Shown here piece by piece: positions 9,987 through 17,543 of a DNA stretch of 60,102 bases. The position numbers and the translations under genes are program-made. The stretch spans positions 1 through 60,102 of the IMG/VR virus record IMGVR_UViG_3300034257_000006. One strand, 5' to 3'. The notes under the pieces were generated by a model. That model ran no database searches. It was not told where the DNA came from and was given only the letters and a program-made list of their open reading frames with translations. The first letter of the stretch is position 1, and each line of letters begins with the position of its first letter. Origin of the DNA: a virus (Duplodnaviria > Caudoviricetes).

Positions 9987-10301
9987 ATGCACAAGGGATT
10001 TAGGGACGCGATTCACGTTCCATTCGTCATGGTAACGTGCGGAGACACATTGAGGCCCGCGGAGAAGTGTTCACTGAGAGACGAAAACCAGTGTGTTCGG
10101 TGGCAAGGTGGAAGCCCTGATATTGAACCAATGTGGCACGGGATAGCCGATCCATTTCGGGAATCGGAAATACCTTCCGGAGAGGTGTTTCCGTTGTACA
10201 TTCGAAAGGAATGTTTTCACGGCCTCACGCACGATTTTCAAATTGAGGTTCACGACAGAGGCGGCACAGGCACATGCCATAGCGTTTGCGATATCTTCTG
10301 A
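9987..10301 (+). CDS. Hypothetical protein (cassette 4)
   Basis: RDAIHVP...GIADPF...LTHDF phage-type protein; AGGGGG of the R box serves as RBS. Confidence 0.7.
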   Translation: MHKGFRDAIHVPFVMVTCGDTLRPAEKCSLRDENQCVRWQGGSPDIEPMWHGIADPFRESEIPSGEVFPLYIRKECFHGLTHDFQIEVHDRGGTGTCHSVCDIF

Positions 10302-10305
10302 GTCC

Positions 10306-10375
10306 CCCTAACGCCGCGTGCTAACCGGTTTGGAGTGGCATGGATGCCTGTCCAAAGCCGGTGATTAGTGGGCCA
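10306..10375 (-). repeat. Degenerate attC-like site 5 / ORF-less unit
   Basis: CCCTAAC then bulged hairpin CTAACCGGTTTGGA / TCCAAAGCCGGTGATTAG; no closing GTT. Confidence 0.45.
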
Positions 10376-10390
10376 GTCGATTTGTGATTC

Positions 10391-10476
10391 GTTGAACGCT
10401 GCCAATCATTGGCAGCGGGGAAGATTTCGGAGAGTGGGCAGCGGTGGTCGCTGTCCAATGAATTGGCTTTTTATCT
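10391..10476 (-). repeat. attC-like site 6 with mutated R'' box
   Basis: Plus GTTGAAC...GCCAATCATTGGCAGCG / CGCTGTCCAATGAATTGGC...TTTATCT (TTT in place of GTT). Confidence 0.75.
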
Positions 10477-10489
10477 GCAGAGGTGGATT

Positions 10490-10705
10490 ATGGATGAGCG
10501 AGCAATATGGCTGAAGAGAGAAAACGACAACACGCTGACGGTTTCTGTCGAGGCTGGCGGCCAGTGGGTCGAGGTAATCCGAGAGCACGGCGATGGGCCA
10601 ATCAGTCACATCGTCGAACCGTCTGGAATCGAGAGGCGGATCAAAGAAGCTGCCACCGATTTCTCAGAAAAGGATTTGGCTGCATCTGGCGGATATGTGC
10701 GATGA
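10490..10705 (+). CDS. Hypothetical protein (last cassette-like gene)
   Basis: RBS GAGGTGG; stop overlaps the helicase start. Confidence 0.7.
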   Translation: MDERAIWLKRENDNTLTVSVEAGGQWVEVIREHGDGPISHIVEPSGIERRIKEAATDFSEKDLAASGGYVR

Positions 10706-12102
10706 GTGAACTCTGGTCGCACCAACCAAAAGCGATTTTATATCTGAACGAGCATGAAGCGTCGATGCTCGACGCGGCGATGAGCAGCGGTAAATCCTAC
10801 ATGTCAGTGCAGAACTGCAAGCACTGCGCTGCTCACAGAAACGCACGCACTCTGATTTTGTGCCCCGCTGCCGTTCGTTCTGTATGGAGAAGGGAGTTCT
10901 TTTTTCACGCACCAGATCAGTTCGACGTTGTCATTCTTGACGGCAAGCAGAACTCAGGAAAGAAAGCAGAACTGGTTTACGAGGCACTGCGACTTCAACA
11001 GTCGCATGGCAGGCCTCTGGTAGCCGTCGTGAATTACGAGTCGTTTTTTCTTGATCCTATCTGGAAAGTCCTGAACTCAGTTCTCTGGGATAAGCTGATT
11101 TGCGACGAGTCACATCGAACAAAGTCGTACTCCGCACAATGCAGCAAGCATGCATGGAAGATCGGAAAACGATCTGCTTCAAGGACCGGACTGACAGGTA
11201 CGCTGATGCCGAACAATCCAGGGAACGTCTTCAGTCAATATAGATGGCTGGACGAAAGGATCTTCGGTAAATTCTGGGGGGCGTTCAAGCAAGAGTACGC
11301 AGTGATGAGTCAATTCATTCCACATAAGGTCGATAAGTGGATAAACCTTGAAGAATTAAACCGAAAAGTGAACCTCATACGGTATCACATCCAGAAGTCA
11401 GTGCTCGTTCTTCCAGAGAAGCAGGACATCATAATCGAGGTGAACCTGTCTCCTGCCGGGATGAGGATATACCAACAAATGAGAAAAGAGTCGATCGCCT
11501 ACATCAAGAAGTCGATCGACGGACCAGAGACAGATGAACTGAAGACCGCGATCGGATCCAATGGAGCTGTCCAGTTCCTTCGCCTGCTTCAACTTTCACA
11601 GGGGTATGTCACAGACGACGAAGGCGACGAAGTAAACACAGACACAGAAAAACGCCGTGCATTACTGGACCTGATTCAGGATTGCGGAGAACCTGTCTGT
11701 GTGTACGGCTGGTTCCGTCACGATTTAAAATGCGTCGAGCGGTGTTGCGATATTTTGGGACTTCGGTACGGCGAGATCTCAGGTCGTCGCAAGGATCTTA
11801 CTGAGCACGCTACGATGCCAGACGATATCGACGTTATGGGCGTTCAGTGCAAATCTGGTTCTGCTGGCATTGACCTCACGCGAAGTCGAATCGGGATCAT
11901 CATGAACAGTGGTCTTCTGTCGCATGGAGACTTTGACCAAATGATCTCAAGGCAGGTAAGAACGAATCAGAAATCCAACGTAGTCTTTTATCATCTAGTG
12001 ACAAAGGGAACCGTCGAAACGAAGTTGATCGACGAACGAGGCCGTAAACGTGAAATCGTGGAAGTGTTGTTGTCCGAAATGAAGGAAGAGGAGGTGTTCT
12101 GA
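10702..12102 (+). CDS. SNF2-family (SF2) DNA helicase
   Basis: LWSHQ, MSSGKS Walker A, DESH, LTGTL, GIDLT and QMISRQVR motifs. Confidence 0.9.
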   Translation: MSELWSHQPKAILYLNEHEASMLDAAMSSGKSYMSVQNCKHCAAHRNARTLILCPAAVRSVWRREFFFHAPDQFDVVILDGKQNSGKKAELVYEALRLQQSHGRPLVAVVNYESFFLDPIWKVLNSVLWDKLICDESHRTKSYSAQCSKHAWKIGKRSASRTGLTGTLMPNNPGNVFSQYRWLDERIFGKFWGAFKQEYAVMSQFIPHKVDKWINLEELNRKVNLIRYHIQKSVLVLPEKQDIIIEVNLSPAGMRIYQQMRKESIAYIKKSIDGPETDELKTAIGSNGAVQFLRLLQLSQGYVTDDEGDEVNTDTEKRRALLDLIQDCGEPVCVYGWFRHDLKCVERCCDILGLRYGEISGRRKDLTEHATMPDDIDVMGVQCKSGSAGIDLTRSRIGIIMNSGLLSHGDFDQMISRQVRTNQKSNVVFYHLVTKGTVETKLIDERGRKREIVEVLLSEMKEEEVF

Positions 12103-12527
12103 TGTCAAAGAAGCAAACAATCGACGAGTTTATGTCTGACGTAGAACGCGGAATCGGCTTGGCTCAATACATCGCCGCCAACGAATTCACATGGTGGCAC
12201 GAAAAGCTGACGCAATCCGCAGTCCGCAAACTGATCAAGCAGAACACAGGTCACGTCATTCCCAGAGTCAAAGGCGCATTCAAAGATTTCTGCGCCGTGA
12301 ACATGAGCATCTACCTGAACCGCTCATGGCGACGCAAACCGACGTCAACGAACCTTGACCTGACCGCAGACCAATGGGATAAGCTGAAGACCATCGTAGA
12401 AAAACTGAAGCCACAGATCGAAGGCCAGGGTATCACCGTCGCCTTCGACGTCATCCGCACAAAGATCTCGACGAGCCCAAAGCAACTCATCGGCTTACGA
12501 AAACGAATGCATTATTGGGATAATTAA
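12102..12527 (+). CDS. Hypothetical protein
   Basis: Coupled ORF. Confidence 0.65.
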   Translation: MSKKQTIDEFMSDVERGIGLAQYIAANEFTWWHEKLTQSAVRKLIKQNTGHVIPRVKGAFKDFCAVNMSIYLNRSWRRKPTSTNLDLTADQWDKLKTIVEKLKPQIEGQGITVAFDVIRTKISTSPKQLIGLRKRMHYWDN

Positions 12528-12547
12528 CTTTACAGGACAGTGAGAAT

Positions 12548-12955
12548 ATGGCTACAATTGGCGAGTTGGCAGCGGAGTTTGAGACGTTGGTACGGATCAA
12601 GAAGAACGCTGCTGACACGGAGTCACAGTGCAACAAGGATATTGAGCGTGTGCAGCAGCAACTTCTGGACATGATGTCGGATGAGGGGTTGCCGTCGATC
12701 AAGATGGATTCAGGGATGACGCTGTTCCGTCGGTGCGAAAAGTATTATGGTGTTGCAGAAGGACATGAGAAGGACGAGCTGGTCAACGCATTGGCTAACT
12801 GCGATTTGACACGGGATCTTGTGTCGGCGAATTACAACGCCAACACACTGAGGTCACGGATGGCAGAGATTGAAGCGAACGGCGAGGTGCTTCCGGAAGA
12901 AGTCACTCGGTTGCTGAAGCTCACAGAAAAATACAAGGTTGGACATCGATCATGA
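12548..12955 (+). CDS. Coiled-coil phage replication/recombination accessory protein
   Basis: N-terminal coiled coil, ..GL.SIK...G.T.. and NTL pattern; sits between helicase and SSB-like gene. Confidence 0.55.
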   Translation: MATIGELAAEFETLVRIKKNAADTESQCNKDIERVQQQLLDMMSDEGLPSIKMDSGMTLFRRCEKYYGVAEGHEKDELVNALANCDLTRDLVSANYNANTLRSRMAEIEANGEVLPEEVTRLLKLTEKYKVGHRS

Positions 12956-13179
12956 AAATAAAACGAGGAGTCCCGATTCCTCCGCATAAAGGTGCCGGTC
13001 GCCCACGCGAACACAAGTTCGAAGAGATGGAAGTCAACGACTGCGCTGAGATCGAATCGAGCTACCAGTCGATCTACGGCTGCATCGGTCGGTTCAAGAT
13101 GAATCGGGAGTTTTCGAAGTGGGAGTTTCGCATCTTGAAGAAGGGTGCGAAGAAGGTTGAGGTTTGGAGGGTGAAGTAG
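12952..13179 (+). CDS. Small putative DNA-binding protein
   Basis: IKRGVPIP...FEEMEVND...VWRV pattern. Confidence 0.6.
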   Translation: MKIKRGVPIPPHKGAGRPREHKFEEMEVNDCAEIESSYQSIYGCIGRFKMNREFSKWEFRILKKGAKKVEVWRVK

Positions 13180-13186
13180 AGTTTCT

Positions 13187-13268
13187 GGGGAACCCAGCAT
13201 TGGCGAGCAAGTCCGACTGTACATCGGATCGACGAAAGTCTGTGCAGGTTCAACTCCTGCGGTCCCCA
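13187..13268 (+). tRNA. tRNA-Tyr(GTA), atypical D arm
   Basis: Acceptor GGGGAAC/GGTCCCC+A (one mismatch); anticodon arm TCCGA-CTGTACA-TCGGA; variable arm GAC-GAAA-GTC; T arm GCAGG-TTCAACT-CCTGC. Confidence 0.75.
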
Positions 13269-13371
13269 CTGGCGTTTAGTGTTTTCCAGTTTTCCAAAGG
13301 AAAAGTTTTATGAGTGGTGAAATGAAGGTGTAGGTTTGGAGGGTGAAGTGATTCATGCTCGCAAGGGCGTG

Positions 13372-13452
13372 TTGATCAAGGCTTGTTGTACCAAGTCACA
13401 TGGAAAGCTGTTGTATCGTTCGGCGAAGTGGTTCGAATCCACATTGATCAAA
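13372..13452 (+). ncRNA. tRNA-like RNA lacking a canonical anticodon arm
   Basis: 8-bp closing stem TTGATCAA/TTGATCAA; T arm GTGG-TTCGAAT-CCAC; 6-bp stem GGCTTG/CAAGTC. Confidence 0.55.
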
Positions 13453-13492
13453 TGGCGTTTAGTGTTTTCCAATTTTCCAAAGGAACAGTTTT

Positions 13493-14326
13493 ATGAGTGG
13501 TGAAATGAAGGTGTATGAGCGTACGGACTTTCTGGCATTGGTGCCAGGTTCGGACGTTGCTGAAGCGATGGAGATGAATCGTGACGGTGACGAAGGGTTC
13601 TCGGAGAGAGATCTTGTCAGCGTGAAGTCCCCATCCGGAGGCGGATTGTTCTGGACAGTGAAGGGCGCAAATGGAGTCGAAAGCGTTCCGTCGCTGGAAG
13701 GAGTTATCGTGTTCAGGTGTCTTCGCGGTAATCTGTGGAAGTCTGACGACACAAGTACGGACAGGCCTGTCCTGACGTCATTGGACATGAAGGTCGCCAG
13801 ACTGGAAATTCCGTGGGAAGAAGTTCCTGCTGACATGCAGGCTGTCCTCCCGAATCACGAACTGACGGTCGAAGAGATCCGCAAGGACGCACGGTTCGCA
13901 AACGTCACGGACGAGAACCTTCCGCGATTGTTCTGGTGGGATGGTCCAAATAAACTTCCGTACTGCGAATTCGGGTCATCGACAAAGCCCGGTTCCAAAG
14001 GCAAGCGAGCTAAGGACTACCAGATCCTGTACTTGCTTCGGAAGAATGAAGGCCTGCCGATCCGGATCCAGCTCGGCCCGACGGCGATTCAGACGGTACG
14101 TCAGTTCTTTAATCAGATGACCGACGTTCCGTTTGTTCGCGCTGTGATCAAGATTTCTTTGAAGGAGGAGGTCAACGTGACCGGCCAGAAGTATTCGTTG
14201 CCAGTTCTGGAACGAACTGGAATTCTGCCTGCAGATGTCGGCGCTGACATCAATGAGAAGTACCGTCATCCGATCAAGGCGGCACACGAAGCAGGACGAC
14301 TCAACTTCGTAGACACGGAAGAGTAA
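13493..14326 (+). CDS. Putative single-stranded DNA-binding protein
   Basis: Position in the replication module, PSGGG motif, beta-rich C-half, acidic tail DTEE. Confidence 0.55.
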   Translation: MSGEMKVYERTDFLALVPGSDVAEAMEMNRDGDEGFSERDLVSVKSPSGGGLFWTVKGANGVESVPSLEGVIVFRCLRGNLWKSDDTSTDRPVLTSLDMKVARLEIPWEEVPADMQAVLPNHELTVEEIRKDARFANVTDENLPRLFWWDGPNKLPYCEFGSSTKPGSKGKRAKDYQILYLLRKNEGLPIRIQLGPTAIQTVRQFFNQMTDVPFVRAVIKISLKEEVNVTGQKYSLPVLERTGILPADVGADINEKYRHPIKAAHEAGRLNFVDTEE

Positions 14327-14366
14327 TCATCTCATGGCGGAGATGGATGGCAATGAATGCCGAATT

Positions 14367-14402
14367 GGCCTGGGTGAACGGCGTCGCCCGGGCTGTTTTT
14401 TA
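14367..14402 (+). terminator. Rho-independent terminator
   Basis: GGCCTGGGTGA...TCGCCCGGGCT hairpin plus T run at the convergence point. Confidence 0.7.
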
Positions 14403-14421
14403 TGATAATGAAGATTCATGT

Positions 14422-14763
14422 CTAGCCAACAATCAGACGCAGATTCCTCGAATCCGAATCGCCGTCCGACTGTTCCCACGACACTTTAACGATCACTTCG
14501 TCGTCTGACTCAACGCCTCCGGACAAAAGAACAAGGATCGCCCTTCCTGCTTCCAGTTCTCTGCCTGCACATCCGCTTACTGAATCAACCTCCATGTCTT
14601 CGTCGATTACTTCAGTGGCTTCGATTTCCAGGTCTTCATCTTCTGTTGTTGCAGTCACTGATGTGGCGGTCACTCCGGCAGGCATGAATCTAAGATCGAC
14701 CCAAAACGTTTTTGATGCGTCTGGGTGTTTACAGAGAAGATTGATTGAGGATGTGCAACTCAT
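14422..14763 (-). CDS. Putative fibre-tail adaptor-like protein
   Basis: KHPDASKTFWVD resembles the KDP.A..DY..D family; follows the fibre gene. Confidence 0.45.
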   Translation of the reverse strand: MSCTSSINLLCKHPDASKTFWVDLRFMPAGVTATSVTATTEDEDLEIEATEVIDEDMEVDSVSGCAGRELEAGRAILVLLSGGVESDDEVIVKVSWEQSDGDSDSRNLRLIVG

Positions 14764-14774
14764 AGAATACCCTT

Positions 14775-15260
14775 TTACGACACCTTAGACCTGCGTCTTA
14801 CCTTCTTAAAGACTGCGTCTTCAGGAGCCCATCCTCTGTTTAGTCGCTCGTGTATTGTTTGATTATTCAGACCAACTTCCTCAGCCCACTCTGAGACACA
14901 CTTCGTGACCCCGTTTATCTCCAAAAGTCGATTGTTTCTTTTGTTGCGATGCTGTTCAAATCTCGTCGCCCAGCGACAATTTTCTTTGAAATACCCAAGT
15001 GAATTATCCACCCTGTCGATCGACATTCCATCTTGGCGATCGCCCATGTCTTCAAGAAAGTTTTCAAAAGATTTTTCCCAGCGATCGCATACCGAGATTC
15101 CGCGACCACCGTAGTCTTTATAGTTATGACTCTTAATGTTGTTGCATCGGCTAAGCATCATCGTCCACGATTTATACTCTGGCGATACCTTCCCGGTTTT
15201 AGCATGCCCGTGTGTCGTTCGTCCCTTGCGAATATGTTTCTGCAAGTTTACCTTACTCAT
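14775..15260 (-). CDS. HNH-type homing endonuclease
   Basis: YGGRGISVCDRW, SIDRVDN..GY.KENCRWAT. Confidence 0.85.
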   Translation of the reverse strand: MSKVNLQKHIRKGRTTHGHAKTGKVSPEYKSWTMMLSRCNNIKSHNYKDYGGRGISVCDRWEKSFENFLEDMGDRQDGMSIDRVDNSLGYFKENCRWATRFEQHRNKRNNRLLEINGVTKCVSEWAEEVGLNNQTIHERLNRGWAPEDAVFKKVRRRSKVS

Positions 15261-15332
15261 GTTCGAATTCCTTAAAGCACTTCGGACCAAGACCCCGGAT
15301 GAACCAACATCGCGGGGTCACTTTATTGTACA

Positions 15333-17006
15333 CTAACAGTCACCGAATTCCCAGACAGTTTCAGCATCCTCAAAGTACCACCCGCACGTCGGCGTTCCGA
15401 ATACGAACGGTGTAAACTCATGTCCAACAGCAGTGAAAGAAAACGTAGCAGAACCAGATCCGACTTTGTCTGCCAATCCGACTGCGGATGCGGCGATTGA
15501 AAATGTGGCTGCACCTGAACCGGCGATATCTGCGTTGCTTCCTGCAATTGCAGAGAAGCTGAAACTGGATGATCCAGATCCTGATACCTCTGCGATTCCG
15601 CCTGCAGCCGAAGTAAAGTTGAAACTCGCTGCACCTGATCCTGTGCCTGGCAGGATTCCAACGCCTGCTGCCGTAAAGTTGAAACTGGATGAACCGCTCC
15701 CAGTAACGTCAGCACTTCCGCCAGCAGCCGCTGTGAAGTTGAAACTGGAGGAACCCGCCCCCAGTTTGTCGGCTAATCCTCCGGCCTCTGCCGCGAAATT
15801 GAAACTCGCAGAACCGCTTCCTGTTCCTTCAAGGATCGGCTGACCAGTAGCCGTAAAATTGAAACTGGATGATCCAGAACCAGTTACATCAGAAGAGCCG
15901 CCGGCAGCAGCAGTAAAGTTGAAGCTCGACGAACCACTGCCAGCGACGTCTGCTGCCCCACCGGCGGCAGATGTAAAGTTGAAGGTTGCCGCACCGCTGC
16001 CTGTTCCTTCAAGGATCGCATCGCCAGTAGCAGTGAAGTTGAAGCTGGAGGAACCAGAACTTGTGGCGTCCAATGCGCCACCGGCTGCAGCCGTGAAGTT
16101 GAAGTTCGCCGCACCACTACCTGTTGCGTCTGCTTTTCCGACTGACGCTGCAGTGAAGTTGAAGCTGGATGAGCCAGATCCCGTGGCGTCTTTTGCACCA
16201 CCGGCTGCTGCAGTGAAATTGAAACTTCCGGAGCCGCTACCAGTGTCAATCACATTTACCGATAACCCAATCCGGATTCTCGGTTCCAGTATCCCTGCGA
16301 ATGGTTCCGTATAAAGTCGTTTTGCCTCATTTGGACTTAATGCTCGACTGTAGATCCGAACACTGCCGATCATTCCATTAAACCACGTTACAGCATTCAG
16401 ATCACTGCGAACACCGATGTATGTTTTGTTTGCTTGATTTCCTATACCAGTATTAGTATTCGCAGCCCCTGTTTGCGGAACTCCGTTAATGTAAAATGCT
16501 GTTGTGTTCGCAACAGAATCCCACACAGCTACAATGTTTTGCCAAACTCCTGCTGCTGGTGTGCTCCATTGAGTTCCGTTCGTGCTTGTCTGAAACTGGC
16601 TGTGTTTCGTAACTATTTTTTCAGAAACCCCATCACGAAGAATCTGTATGCTGCTGCTTCCGTCCTGAATTTCAATGAATCGCGGATAAATCTGCAGAAA
16701 ACTGCTGATGTTCAGCCACATCGAAACACTGGTTTGCGTCGATGTGATTGATGTTCTGTTGGTGGCAACTACATAGTCATCCACACCATCATACAGAACC
16801 GATTTTCCATGCTTTCCAACAGTTCTTAGAACACCACCAGTTAATGTTCCGTTATTATTTTTCGCAACATCAACCGCTATATTTCCACCGCCCTCATTGA
16901 ATAGAAATAGCGTGGCAAGTCCTCGTGATATCGGGTCTCCCCAGTTTATTTGAGAACCTGCTGGTGGCTTAACAAACCCCCATGGTTTTGTTTTGAACGC
17001 AGCCAC
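15333..17006 (-). CDS. LamG/ConA-domain fibre or adhesin with a 20-aa Gly/Ser repeat stalk
   Basis: LFNEGGG...YDGVDDYV...WQNIVAVWD...FYINGV...IYSRALS; about 14 repeats of GSGSSSFNFTAAAGG..D.T. Confidence 0.8.
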   Translation of the reverse strand: MAAFKTKPWGFVKPPAGSQINWGDPISRGLATLFLFNEGGGNIAVDVAKNNNGTLTGGVLRTVGKHGKSVLYDGVDDYVVATNRTSITSTQTSVSMWLNISSFLQIYPRFIEIQDGSSSIQILRDGVSEKIVTKHSQFQTSTNGTQWSTPAAGVWQNIVAVWDSVANTTAFYINGVPQTGAANTNTGIGNQANKTYIGVRSDLNAVTWFNGMIGSVRIYSRALSPNEAKRLYTEPFAGILEPRIRIGLSVNVIDTGSGSGSFNFTAAAGGAKDATGSGSSSFNFTAASVGKADATGSGAANFNFTAAAGGALDATSSGSSSFNFTATGDAILEGTGSGAATFNFTSAAGGAADVAGSGSSSFNFTAAAGGSSDVTGSGSSSFNFTATGQPILEGTGSGSASFNFAAEAGGLADKLGAGSSSFNFTAAAGGSADVTGSGSSSFNFTAAGVGILPGTGSGAASFNFTSAAGGIAEVSGSGSSSFSFSAIAGSNADIAGSGAATFSIAASAVGLADKVGSGSATFSFTAVGHEFTPFVFGTPTCGWYFEDAETVWEFGDC

Positions 17007-17009
17007 TAG

Positions 17010-17537
17010 TTACGTATCCGTGTAAGTGATTGCTCTGTAAGCAATGACAAGCTCTGTTCCTGGTGAGTCGTCGAGCAGTGCCGCTCCTGTGCAATTCCGA
17101 ATGGCCAGACTCCACCCGTCAGGCACGATACCACCGCACATCTGACCGATCGTCAGGAACCCATCAAGGATCTGAGATGTGATCTTGTATGGTATTGAAA
17201 GTGGCCCCTTCATACTGTTGGGATCGCTGATGACTGCTGTGCCTTCGGAGCCTGTTGGCAGAGTCGTTGTGCCGAAATTCGCAGCAGCAACCCATGCACT
17301 ACCATCGTATACCCAGGGCACGACGTAAACGTAAAGTGCCTGGTCGTTAGCTGGTGCTGTCGCTGCAGTGGCAAGATGAAACATCACCTCGTAGTCAATA
17401 GCCAAGACAGACGTAAGATTATCCACCCGTGCTGATTGCCATCCTCCAAACGGGTCACTGGAGTCGTTTGCCAGTGATGCCAGATTTGTCAGAGTAAGTT
17501 CCATCCAGGTACCATAGGCAATTTTGCTTGTAGTCAT
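17010..17537 (-). CDS. Putative virion structural protein
   Basis: TLTNLASLA...WQSARVDN pattern; adjacent to the LamG gene. Confidence 0.55.
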   Translation of the reverse strand: MTTSKIAYGTWMELTLTNLASLANDSSDPFGGWQSARVDNLTSVLAIDYEVMFHLATAATAPANDQALYVYVVPWVYDGSAWVAAANFGTTTLPTGSEGTAVISDPNSMKGPLSIPYKITSQILDGFLTIGQMCGGIVPDGWSLAIRNCTGAALLDDSPGTELVIAYRAITYTDT

Positions 17538-17543
17538 CTGATC

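Larger units (their letters stand above)
8035..10476 (-). mobile_element. Integron-type gene-cassette array without integrase (CALIN-like)
   Basis: Six attC-like imperfect inverted repeats separating single genes, with cassette-specific complementary R boxes. Confidence 0.85.
13160..13515 (+). repeat. Tandem duplication A-X-B-A-Y-B
   Basis: A = 18 nt identical (13160-13177, 13332-13349); B = 63 nt with 2 mismatches (13270-13332, 13453-13515). Confidence 0.95.

Noticed and set aside
8035-10476. CRISPR array or simple terminators
   Set aside because: The elements are not sequence-identical, are separated by whole genes, mostly lack U tracts, and show attC-type bulges and paired R boxes
10507-10701. 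N-terminal extension of the SNF2 helicase
   Set aside because: Overlaps the 10490-10705 gene; the ATGA-coupled start at 10702 gives a normal N-terminus
15420-16250. Diversity-generating retroelement repeats in the fibre gene
   Set aside because: The 60-nt period matches a protein repeat with synonymous drift; no reverse transcriptase and no adenine-specific TR/VR pair seen
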